Positions 1-8,276 of a stretch of 29,030 nt of DNA are shown piece by piece. The number at the start of each line of letters is the position of its first letter. Within the stretch, counting starts at the first letter, position 1. The stretch comes from a candidate division WOR-3 bacterium (GTDB taxonomy: Bacteria > Hydrothermota > Tepidihabitantia > SM23-42 > JAOAFX01): the NCBI GenBank assembly GCA_037444665.1, contig JBBILZ010000035.1, positions 1 to 29,030 on the forward strand, read 5' to 3'. Below the pieces are notes generated by a model that did no database searches, was not told where the DNA came from, and saw only the letters and a program-made list of their open reading frames with translations. Made by a program: the position numbers and the translations under genes.

Positions 1-663
1 TTCAGCAATCGTCAGAGTAATAGCAATCGTTTCTAAATCACGCATTTCACCAACCATTACTACATCAGGGTCTTCTCTCAACACATATTTTAAAGCATTG
101 GCAAACGATTTCGTATCACTGCCTACCTGTCTTTGATTGACAATTGCCTTTTTGTGCCGGAACAGATATTCAATCGGGTCTTCAACTGTGATGATATGAC
201 AACGACGGTCACTATTGACTTTGTCAATTATCGCAGCAAGGGTTGTTGATTTTCCACAACCAGTAGGACCGGTTAAAAGAATTAATCCTTTTGGTCTACC
301 CGCGAGTTCCTGCACAACTGGAGGAATACCAAGCTCCTTAAATCCTCTAATCTCAAATGGTATAGTTCTTATTGCTGCTGCAATACTTCCTCTTTGTTGA
401 AAACAATTGCCACGAAAACGAGACAAACCAGCAATACCGAAAGAGAAATCCAGTTCCCACTCCATCTCAAATTTCTTTTTTTGCTGGTCATTCAAAACAC
501 TATAGACTAATTGCTGAATTAATTCTGGAGTCATCACCTCATAGTTTGTTGGAACCAATTCTCCATCAATTCGGAGCATCGGTGGTGCTCCGGTTGTTAA
601 ATGTAAATCTGTTGAATTTCGCTGCACCATTTCTTCTAATAGTTGTTTCATTGTTACGGGCAT
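1..663 (-). CDS. pilT: Type IV pilus retraction ATPase PilT (3' part runs off the window)
   Basis: Not in the ORF track; translated by hand from ATG at 663: MPVTMKQLLEEMVQRNSTDLHLTTGAPPMLRIDG...ELDFSFGIAGLSRFRGN...Walker A GPTGCGKSTT, ITVEDPIEY, LREDPDVVMVGEMRDLET. SD AGGAGGT at 673-667. Confidence 0.93.
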   Translation of the reverse strand, partial: MPVTMKQLLEEMVQRNSTDLHLTTGAPPMLRIDGELVPTNYEVMTPELIQQLVYSVLNDQQKKKFEMEWELDFSFGIAGLSRFRGNCFQQRGSIAAAIRTIPFEIRGFKELGIPPVVQELAGRPKGLILLTGPTGCGKSTTLAAIIDKVNSDRRCHIITVEDPIEYLFRHKKAIVNQRQVGSDTKSFANALKYVLREDPDVVMVGEMRDLETIAITLTIAE

Positions 664-688
664 TTTACCTCCTATTTTTTAATGCTAA

Positions 689-714
689 AACCCGCGGAAC
701 AACGCGGACCAAGA
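689..714 (-). promoter_or_regulatory. Conserved hairpin motif upstream of the pilT SD (copy 1)
   Basis: mRNA sense CCGCG-UUGUUC-CGCGG; matches 13917-13942 at 20/26 nt and lies at the same distance from SD and ATG. Confidence 0.5.
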
Positions 715-736
715 CGCAATTTGAAACACAATCTTA

Positions 737-2449
737 TCATAATGATGCGGTCTCCCGCATTAATTCTTCAATTGTGGTAACACCCTTTTTAATTTTATCA
801 ATTCCATCGTCACGCAAGGTCTTCATTCCTTCTTCTTTAGCTTGTCTTGCTACTTCATCAGATGACGCACCTTTCAAAATCATTGCTCTTAAAGTAGGCG
901 AAATTGGCATCACCTCATAAAGTCCAATCCTTCCTTTGTATCCAGTTTGGTTACAATTAGAGCAACCCTTGCCCTTATAAACTACACCATCAGGGAATGT
1001 CTCAGGTGGAATGTTCGCTTCTTCCAGTAACTTGGGGTCTACTTTAATCTGTTCTTTGCAATTTGGACATATTCTTCTAACCAAACGCTGCGCCTGAATT
1101 AATATCAAAGCACTTGCTACAAGATAGGGAGGGATACCCATATCCACCAGACGGTTAATCGTGGTTGGTGCATCATTCGTATGAATCGTAGAAAATACCA
1201 GATGTCCGGTCAATGCTGCTCTAATACCAATCTCTGCAGTCTCTGTATCGCGCATCTCACCCACAAGTATAATATTTGGTGCCTGACGCAAAAAGGCCCT
1301 TAATGCAGCAGCGAATGTTAATCCTATCTCTTCATGAACCTGAATCTGATTTATGCCATGAATATTGTATTCAACCGGGTCTTCAATCGTCATTATCTGT
1401 TTATCAGGCTTGTTCAATCTTGATAGGGTAGAATAAAGAGTTGTGGTTTTACCACTGCCTGTAGGACCAGTAACGAGGATGATACCATAAGGACTCTCTA
1501 TTGCCTTTAAAAATTTCTTTAATGCCTCTTCACCAAAACCTAATTTGGTCAGGTCAAGCATTAAGGCGCTACGGTCAAGAATTCTCATCACGACCTTTTC
1601 ACCGTAGAGGGTTGGAATAACAGAAACCCGAAGGTCAATCATTTTGTTGCCAACCAGAATATTAATTCTACCATCCTGGCACAATCTGTGTTCAGCAATA
1701 TTCATCTTTGACATTAGTTTGATACGAGTGATTATACCCGCCTTAAGATTATACGGCGGTGGCTGTTGTTCCCTTAACACACCATCAATTCTGAATCTAA
1801 TTCTAAGTTGTCTTTCAAATGGTTCAATATGGATATCTGAAGCACCTTTATTGACTGCATCAGCAATATAAAAATTTACCAATCTGATTACCGGACCACC
1901 TTCAGCATCTGCACGTAGCTTTGCCTCTTCTACTTCCTCTTCCAACCCGGTTTCCAAAAGTTCCAGGTCTTCAACACCCAGTTCTTTAGGACCAGATTCT
2001 GCTTTCACCTCAGCAATGCTCGTATCCATTTTGTAATAACGGCCGAGTGCTTCTCTAATACTTGTCTCTGAAGCGAGCACTGGATTGATCTCCATACCGG
2101 TAATAAATCTTAAATCTTCAATCGCACTGATATCTGTCGGGTCTACCATCGCAACGGTTAATGTTCTACCTTTTCGGTCAATAGGGATTACTTCATAATA
2201 ATTAGCTTTTTCCACAGGGATCAAACTCAAGACCGACTCAGGAGGGATAATATAATCAAGGTCGGTTACCTCCATATGATAAAGATTACTTAACTGGGCA
2301 AGAAGCTTATTTTCCGGGATGAGACCAAGCCTCACAAGCACACTCACTAATCTTTGACCCGTCTCTTTTTTCTCCTGAATTGCCTGGCGCAATTGTTCTT
2401 CAGTCAATAAATTGTTTTTTACAAGATAAGCACCCAATCGTTCTTCCAT
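737..2449 (-). CDS. pilB: Type IV pilus extension ATPase PilB/GspE family, paralogue 2
   Basis: MshEN-like N-terminus, ASDIHIEP, Walker A GPTGSGKTTT, EDPVEY, VGEMRD, His box GHLVFSTIHTN, Zn motif CPNC...CSNC, GYKGRIG. Confidence 0.92.
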   Translation of the reverse strand: MEERLGAYLVKNNLLTEEQLRQAIQEKKETGQRLVSVLVRLGLIPENKLLAQLSNLYHMEVTDLDYIIPPESVLSLIPVEKANYYEVIPIDRKGRTLTVAMVDPTDISAIEDLRFITGMEINPVLASETSIREALGRYYKMDTSIAEVKAESGPKELGVEDLELLETGLEEEVEEAKLRADAEGGPVIRLVNFYIADAVNKGASDIHIEPFERQLRIRFRIDGVLREQQPPPYNLKAGIITRIKLMSKMNIAEHRLCQDGRINILVGNKMIDLRVSVIPTLYGEKVVMRILDRSALMLDLTKLGFGEEALKKFLKAIESPYGIILVTGPTGSGKTTTLYSTLSRLNKPDKQIMTIEDPVEYNIHGINQIQVHEEIGLTFAAALRAFLRQAPNIILVGEMRDTETAEIGIRAALTGHLVFSTIHTNDAPTTINRLVDMGIPPYLVASALILIQAQRLVRRICPNCKEQIKVDPKLLEEANIPPETFPDGVVYKGKGCSNCNQTGYKGRIGLYEVMPISPTLRAMILKGASSDEVARQAKEEGMKTLRDDGIDKIKKGVTTIEELMRETASL

Positions 2450-4158
2450 TATTCCACCCTTGTTTCGCGAATAACTTCTTCAACAGATGTCAAACCCTGG
2501 CGTAATTTTTCCAGTGCGGATTCGCGTAATGTAAGCATGCCTTCCTCAACTGCAACTTTTTCAATATCCTCAGCCGGTGCCTTTTTAAGTATCAAGTCCC
2601 TGATGCGGGCAGTAACTAACATATTTTCAAAAACGCCAATCCTACCTTTGTAACCGGTCCCCCGGCATTCTTTACACCCTTCGCCTTTATATAATGGAAA
2701 ATCTATCTTTTTGGGATCGATACCTGCATCAAGTAATATTTCTGGTGGATACTTTACTTCCACCTTACATTTCATACAAATTTTTCTTAACAAACGCTGG
2801 GAAAGAACTGATAATAATGTGGAAGCAATTAAAAATGGCTCAATATCCATATTTACTAATCTCGTTATTGTTGCAGCTGCAGAATTTGTGTGGACAGTTG
2901 AGAGAACAAGATGACCGGTCAATGATGCGCGAATCGCAATTTCAGCCGTTTCCAGGTCACGAATTTCACCCACCATTATTATATTAGGGTCCTGACGCAG
3001 GTAAGCACGTAATGCAGAGGCAAATGTTAAACCTATCTTTTCATTAACCTGTAACTGATTTATCCCCATTAGTGAATATTCTATCGGGTCTTCTGCGGTT
3101 GTGATATTTAAGCCGGGGTCGTTTAGTTCAGTAAGAGCAGAATATAATGTAGTAGTTTTTCCCGAACCAGTTGGACCGGTTACGAGCACAATTCCATAGG
3201 GTGTTTTTATTGCCCGGCGAAAGGTCTTCAGGGTACTGGCTTCAAATCCCAAAAGGTCAAGGTTTAACTGAATTGCAGAACGGTCAAGCAATCTGAGCGC
3301 AATCTTTTCACCAAAAAGGGTGGGCACTGTAGAGACACGGATATCAATAATCTTATTGTGGACCCTTGCCTTTATACGACCATCCTGCGGCAACCTCTTC
3401 TCCTCTACTTTCAATTTTGCCATAACCTTAATTACTGTTGCCAGGGCACGATTCAATTTCTTGGGGGGTTTTAACACTTCATGTAAGATACCATCAATAC
3501 GGTAGCGCACCCTCAGGTCATTTTCATAAGGCTCAATATGGATATCAGATACATTCATCTCTACTGCATCGGTTATAATCTTGCTTACCATTTTCAGGGC
3601 TGGACCACTTTCAGAATCATCCGCAACATTGGATAGGTCCTCTTCTTCTTTTTGTTTAACTACCTCATCCATCATCTTTACTGCTGCCTCGCCTGCTTCA
3701 GCAGTTTCAATCTCATACATTACATCAGCCAGAAATTTTTCAATATGATATTTTTCATTGATAACTTTCAAGACTGCATCTTCAGCCGCAACGAGCGGTT
3801 CAATATCAAATCCAGTAGCAAATTTTATATCCTCAATTGCATTCATATCACCAGGGTTGATCATTGCCAGACTGAGTGTCCTGCCCAATCTTTTTACAGG
3901 CACGACAAGGTACTTACCCGCAAGGTCACCAGGAATCAATTTCAAAATATTCGGGTCAAGTTCTTGTTTTCTTAAATCTATTGATTTTACACCAAAATGA
4001 ATAGAGAGTGCCTTTAAAAGGTCCTCTTCTTTTACAAACCCCAATTTTATAAGTGTTGAGCCTAATCTTGCACCATCCTTTTTTTGCTCTTCAAGGGCAC
4101 GGGCAAGCATATCTTCAGAAATCATACCCTGCTTGACCAGAATTTCCCCTAATTTCAT
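2449..4158 (-). CDS. pilB: Type IV pilus extension ATPase PilB/GspE family, paralogue 1
   Basis: MshEN N-terminus (KLGEILV..G...LEEQ / RLGSTLI), SDIHIEP, RLPQDGRI, GPTGSGKTTT, LRQDPNIIMVGEIRD, GHLVLSTVHTN, CMKC...CKEC. TAATG overlap with the next pilB. Confidence 0.92.
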   Translation of the reverse strand: MKLGEILVKQGMISEDMLARALEEQKKDGARLGSTLIKLGFVKEEDLLKALSIHFGVKSIDLRKQELDPNILKLIPGDLAGKYLVVPVKRLGRTLSLAMINPGDMNAIEDIKFATGFDIEPLVAAEDAVLKVINEKYHIEKFLADVMYEIETAEAGEAAVKMMDEVVKQKEEEDLSNVADDSESGPALKMVSKIITDAVEMNVSDIHIEPYENDLRVRYRIDGILHEVLKPPKKLNRALATVIKVMAKLKVEEKRLPQDGRIKARVHNKIIDIRVSTVPTLFGEKIALRLLDRSAIQLNLDLLGFEASTLKTFRRAIKTPYGIVLVTGPTGSGKTTTLYSALTELNDPGLNITTAEDPIEYSLMGINQLQVNEKIGLTFASALRAYLRQDPNIIMVGEIRDLETAEIAIRASLTGHLVLSTVHTNSAAATITRLVNMDIEPFLIASTLLSVLSQRLLRKICMKCKVEVKYPPEILLDAGIDPKKIDFPLYKGEGCKECRGTGYKGRIGVFENMLVTARIRDLILKKAPAEDIEKVAVEEGMLTLRESALEKLRQGLTSVEEVIRETRVE

Positions 4159-4166
4159 GATATAAT

Positions 4167-4194
4167 ATAATATAGATATTTAGGAATTTGTCAA
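4167..4194 (-). promoter_or_regulatory. Putative sigma70 promoter of the pilB-pilB-pilT operon (probably leaderless or near-leaderless)
   Basis: TTGACA (4194-4189)-N16-TATTAT (4172-4167), ending 8 nt before ATG 4158; no SD present. Confidence 0.6.
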
Positions 4195-4253
4195 TAGGTA
4201 ATTTTAATATCAATAAATTGGTACTAATGGGACAATATGAATCATCATCCACA

Positions 4254-4281
4254 TTGACTTTTGTGAATTTCAATATATATT
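4254..4281 (+). promoter_or_regulatory. Putative sigma70 promoter of the namZ operon (leaderless)
   Basis: TTGACT (4254-4259)-N16-TATATT (4276-4281), ending 5 nt before the in-frame GTG at 4287. Confidence 0.55.
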
Positions 4282-4286
4282 TATCT

Positions 4287-5444
4287 GTGCTTTTAGGAAT
4301 TGATATATTGCTCGCAGACAAATATGAGCCACTAACAGACAAAAAGATTGCACTGTTAACCCACATTCCTGCAACTGACACTAAACTCATTCCCACTATT
4401 AGTCATTTTGTTAATTCTAAAATTACTAATACAAAATTAATCTTTGCACCAGAGCATGGTCTGTTCAGTGCTTTGCAGGACCAGATTTTTGTTAAAAACC
4501 AACGACAAAAAAATATTCTTGTAGTAAGTTTATATGGCAAAAGATTGAGCCCAACATTAAAGATTCTGAGATCAATTGATATTGTAGTAATAGACCTGGT
4601 GGATATCGGCACAAGGTATTATACATTTATCTGGAGTGCGATACTACTGATCAAAATAATGTCAGCATTGCGTAAAAAAATAATTGTCCTTGACCGACCT
4701 AACCCTTTGAATGGTATTACGGTGCAGGGTCCGGTGCTGGAAGAAAATTTCTCTTCTTTTGTAGGACTATATCCCCTGCCTGTTCGGCATGGGATGACCA
4801 TTGGAGAAATCTGCAATATGATAAATAGAGAATACAAATTTAATGTAGATCTTACTATCATAAAAATGGAAGACTGGAAAAGAAGATTCTACTTTCCTGA
4901 TTGCGGATTATACTGGACCGTTCCTTCACCAAATATGCCTTCATTTGAAACTGCCTGTGTCTATCCTGGAATGTGTCTATTAGAAGGAACAAATGTCTCT
5001 GAAGGCAGGGGAACGACCCGACCCTTTGAAATCTTTGGTGCACCCTGGATAGATGAAGAAATTTTGGTAAAGGAATTAGCACAAAGAGATATAAAAGGAG
5101 TAAAGTTCAGGCCATTGAAATTTATTCCTACCTTCCATAAATATCAGGGAAAAGTCTGTGGCGGTGCACAGTTCTATGTGACTGATTTAAAAACATTTGA
5201 CCCGGTCTGCCTGGGGCTTGAGATAATCAGCACCATCAAAAGGCTCTATCCAAAAAAATTTGCCTGGCGTAAACCTCCTTATGAATTTGAGAAAAAAAGG
5301 ATGCCCTTTGATATTCTGATTGGAAATTCCTGGATAAGAGAGACAATAGAAAAAGGCAGACCAGTATCACTGATGAAAAGAAGATGGTCAAAAGATTTGG
5401 AGCGATTTAAAAGAATGCGCCAGAAATATCTGTTATATGAATAA
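4287..5444 (+). CDS. namZ: Exo-beta-N-acetylmuramidase NamZ (DUF1343/GH171)
   Basis: Motifs LGID, FAPEHG, SLYG, DLVDIGTRYYTF, VLDRPNP, RHGMTIGE, PSPNMP, YPGMCLLEGTNVSEGRGTTRPFE. Start moved from TTG 4188 to GTG 4287, where family similarity begins and a promoter points. Confidence 0.9.
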   Translation: MLLGIDILLADKYEPLTDKKIALLTHIPATDTKLIPTISHFVNSKITNTKLIFAPEHGLFSALQDQIFVKNQRQKNILVVSLYGKRLSPTLKILRSIDIVVIDLVDIGTRYYTFIWSAILLIKIMSALRKKIIVLDRPNPLNGITVQGPVLEENFSSFVGLYPLPVRHGMTIGEICNMINREYKFNVDLTIIKMEDWKRRFYFPDCGLYWTVPSPNMPSFETACVYPGMCLLEGTNVSEGRGTTRPFEIFGAPWIDEEILVKELAQRDIKGVKFRPLKFIPTFHKYQGKVCGGAQFYVTDLKTFDPVCLGLEIISTIKRLYPKKFAWRKPPYEFEKKRMPFDILIGNSWIRETIEKGRPVSLMKRRWSKDLERFKRMRQKYLLYE

Positions 5445-5492
5445 AAACACAAATTATTTAACCAATTACCATTTAACCATTAACATTTCTTT

Positions 5493-6227
5493 ATGAAAGG
5501 CATTATTCTTGCGGCAGGTTTGGGTAAGAGATTGGGAAAATTGACAGAGAAGACTCCCAAGCCCTTATTGCCCATTAATGGAATACCAATAATCCGTTTG
5601 ATTATTAATAAATTAAAAAAATTAGGAATAAATAAAATTGGCATCAACCTTTACTACAAAGCAGATATTATGAAAAACTTTTTAAAAGATATCCCTGGTC
5701 TGAAACTCGTTAAAGAAGACTATCTCTCTGGCACTGGTGGAGCACTGATGAATTTTAAGGATTTCGTGACTGAAGATTTTTTGATTCACAATTGTGATGT
5801 CGTCTCTGATATTGATCTAAAGATGCTCATAAATGAACATAAAAAGAATAAGCCACTGGCAACAATTGCCCTAGTAAATAATTATAAAACAAATCGTGTG
5901 CGTGTATTAAAGAATAGGATTCTCAGATTCTACAAAAAACGGTGTGAAGGTTGTTTTACATATACGGGTATTGCGGTTCTTTCAAAGAGAATATTCAAAT
6001 ATTTTCCTGAAGGCAAAAAAATCTTCAGTTTGACCGAGGTCTATAACAATGTTATAGAAAACGGCGAAATCCTAAACGGCATTATCTTAGATGCCTCCTG
6101 GTATGACATCGGAACACCCAAAGTGTACCATCACCTGCACCTGTCTTCTGTAAATAACTTTGGAGTCAAAGGTGGCTCTGCCAAAATTCATAAGACTTCT
6201 GAGAAAGATGAAAGGTTTGAATGGTAA
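5493..6227 (+). CDS. murU: NTP-transferase, probable MurNAc-alpha-1-phosphate uridylyltransferase MurU
   Basis: ILAAGLGKRL...TPKPLL, GTGGAL, HNCDVVSD, YTGI, WYDIGT. Adjacent to an AmgK-like kinase and NamZ. Confidence 0.8.
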   Translation: MKGIILAAGLGKRLGKLTEKTPKPLLPINGIPIIRLIINKLKKLGINKIGINLYYKADIMKNFLKDIPGLKLVKEDYLSGTGGALMNFKDFVTEDFLIHNCDVVSDIDLKMLINEHKKNKPLATIALVNNYKTNRVRVLKNRILRFYKKRCEGCFTYTGIAVLSKRIFKYFPEGKKIFSLTEVYNNVIENGEILNGIILDASWYDIGTPKVYHHLHLSSVNNFGVKGGSAKIHKTSEKDERFEW

Positions 6228-7168
6228 GTAGATTGCAGAAATATAGAATTATTGAGGAGATAATTACTGGTGGTTCAGACCGCAGGTTTTATAGGGTAGA
6301 AAAGGATAATAAGACATATATCCTTATTGAAGATAAGAATATTAAAGATTATGCTAGAATCTTAAACCACCTCTCTCGTGCAGGGGTTGGCGTGCCTGAG
6401 TTGTTTGAGACCGGAGTAGATAAAATTGTTATTGAAGATTTGGGTACGAGTTCTTTATATGAAATTATGAAGAACCATAATACAGACTGGCAGAAGTTTT
6501 ATCTTATGGCGATTGATGAATTGATAAGACTACAACTTGATGGCAGAAAGGATGCACCTATCAATGTCTATTACGATGACGAGCATATCAGATGGGAACA
6601 GGAATATTTCAAAGAGTTCTTTCTTGGACAATTTTGTCAATCTACAGAAAAAGAGCTTAAGACGATTGAAGACGAGATGGATTTTCTTTATAAAGAACTT
6701 ATAAGATTGATAAAGCCGGTGAATAATTATCTTATGCACCGTGATTATCAGTCCCAGAATATCTTTATTAAAGATGGCAGGATCAGAATCATTGATTTCC
6801 AATCCGCAAGGATTGGTCCTTTGACCTATGACCTTGCCTCACTTCTGCGTGATGCCTATGTGGAAATAGATAAAGACTCTGAATTATTTTTTATTGAATA
6901 CTACTTAGCGCATCTGGAAGAGCAGGGCATAAAAATAGAGAAAAAAGAATTTCTTGAAATTTATAGGCTCACGGCAATACAAAGGAATATGCAGGCACTG
7001 GGCGCATTTGCCAATCTCTCTTTAAATAAAGGCAAACTCCATTTCAGAAAATTTATTCCACACGGACTTAAGTTATTGCAAATGGGACTTGCTGAATGTC
7101 AATTCAAAGCCTTGTTAAACCTTATTAGTAAAACAATTAAACAATTAAACAATTGTTTAATTGTTTAA
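6221..7168 (+). CDS. amgK: APH-family phosphotransferase, probable anomeric MurNAc/GlcNAc kinase AmgK
   Basis: GGSDRRFYRV, EDLG, HRDYQSQNI, IIDFQSARIGP..YDLASLL.D, QRNMQALGAF. Overlaps murU. Confidence 0.82.
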   Translation: MVSRLQKYRIIEEIITGGSDRRFYRVEKDNKTYILIEDKNIKDYARILNHLSRAGVGVPELFETGVDKIVIEDLGTSSLYEIMKNHNTDWQKFYLMAIDELIRLQLDGRKDAPINVYYDDEHIRWEQEYFKEFFLGQFCQSTEKELKTIEDEMDFLYKELIRLIKPVNNYLMHRDYQSQNIFIKDGRIRIIDFQSARIGPLTYDLASLLRDAYVEIDKDSELFFIEYYLAHLEEQGIKIEKKEFLEIYRLTAIQRNMQALGAFANLSLNKGKLHFRKFIPHGLKLLQMGLAECQFKALLNLISKTIKQLNNCLIV

Positions 7169-7170
7169 TT
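7131..7170. repeat. Perfect 36-bp palindrome (7135-7170) made of AAACAATT 8-mer repeats
   Basis: AAACAATT x3 (7131-7154) followed by inverted copies; 18/18 pairs around 7152/7153. Confidence 0.9.
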
Positions 7171-7179
7171 AAGGAATTT

Positions 7180-8253
7180 ATGAATTTTAAAGAACTGGAA
7201 AGATATCTAAATGCGTGTATAATGAGAAAGAAAATACCTGGTGCAGAGGTGTGGGTGGGTAATAAAAAAAGGGTATTTTATTTTGAATCATTTGGCTATG
7301 CCCAGATAATACCAGAAAAAATAAAAATGCAGAAAGATACAATCTTTGACCTCGCTTCAATTACCAAACCATTGTGCACTGCAATGGCAATGATGTACCT
7401 GGTTGATAAGAAAGAGATTAAATTAGAAGACCCTGTTGAAAAGTATGTTGAAGAATTTAAAGGAAAGCCAAATGGCAAAAAAACAATCAAGGACTTGTTG
7501 ACTCATACATCGGGTTTGCCTGCCTGGTTTCCACTTTATATTCTTCCTGAAGATAAAAGAATAGAATATCTGGCAAATACAAACACAGGCAGAGATGAAG
7601 TTATCTATTCCTGTCTTGGTTATATTATTCTTTTTTTGATTGTTGAAAGGATAACCGGGCAGAGATTTGACCGACTTTGTCAGGAGGAGATATTTAAAAA
7701 ATTGGGTTTAAAATATCTTATGTTCAATCCTTCTAAGAAGATAAAAAATATCGCTGCAACTGAGATGGGGAATGAGCACGAAAAGAAAATGGCGGCTAAA
7801 TATGGAAATGTAGAAAGATTTAAATGGCGTAATTATTTAATCAAAGGAGAGGTTCACGATGGTAATTGTTTTTATGGATTTAAAGGGGTTTCAGGAAATG
7901 CAGGGTTATTTTCAAATGCTCAAGAACTGGTGAAAATTTTAAGGGCTTATTTAAATGGTGAGATTATAAAGATAGATGGTGTAAAACAGATGATTAAAGA
8001 CTGGACCTGTGGTCCGGAAAAACGAGGGCTGGGTTGGTGGATAAATCCATATCCTGAATTTCTTTCTGATAAGGCATTTGGACACACTGGATTTACCGGC
8101 ACAATGGTAATGATAGAACCGAAGAAAAATTTGATAATAATTTTGCTGGCAAATTGTGTGCATCCAAAAGTAAGATTGGGCATAATGCCAGAGATAAGAA
8201 AAAAGGTTATTCAGATAATAACTGATTCTTTAAAAAAAGATAGCAAGGCATAA
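7180..8253 (+). CDS. Beta-lactamase-family serine hydrolase, AmiE(YbbE)-like MurNAc-L-Ala amidase candidate
   Basis: FDLASITK (SxxK), LLTHTSGL, YSCLGY, GEVHDGN, GNAGLFS, FGHTGFTG. ATG 7180 has an AAGGA SD; no signal peptide. Confidence 0.8.
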   Translation: MNFKELERYLNACIMRKKIPGAEVWVGNKKRVFYFESFGYAQIIPEKIKMQKDTIFDLASITKPLCTAMAMMYLVDKKEIKLEDPVEKYVEEFKGKPNGKKTIKDLLTHTSGLPAWFPLYILPEDKRIEYLANTNTGRDEVIYSCLGYIILFLIVERITGQRFDRLCQEEIFKKLGLKYLMFNPSKKIKNIAATEMGNEHEKKMAAKYGNVERFKWRNYLIKGEVHDGNCFYGFKGVSGNAGLFSNAQELVKILRAYLNGEIIKIDGVKQMIKDWTCGPEKRGLGWWINPYPEFLSDKAFGHTGFTGTMVMIEPKKNLIIILLANCVHPKVRLGIMPEIRKKVIQIITDSLKKDSKA

Positions 8254-8268
8254 AGCCTTGCCATCTTT
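8232..8268 (-). terminator. Intrinsic terminator, best on the minus strand and possibly bidirectional
   Basis: Minus strand reads AAAGATGGCAAGGC-TTTAT-GCCTTGCTATC followed by T7. It overlaps the stop codon of the serine hydrolase, between convergent operons. Confidence 0.7.
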
Positions 8269-8276
8269 CAATCCAC

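Noticed and set aside
215..920. Plus-strand ORFs 215-400 and 372-920
   Set aside because: Antisense shadows of pilT and pilB, with no recognisable motifs.
4188..4286. 33-aa N-terminal extension of NamZ from TTG 4188, and minus-strand ORF 4115-4396
   Set aside because: They overlap both divergent promoters, are not signal-peptide-like, and family similarity starts at 4287.
6130..6227. Atypical C-terminal tail of MurU (HHLHLSSVNN...RFEW)
   Set aside because: Probably a read-through extension up to the amgK overlap; no repeat or domain evidence.
7180..8253. Possible beta-lactam resistance gene
   Set aside because: No signal peptide; YSC and GEVHD motifs and the namZ/amgK context favour a muropeptide hydrolase.
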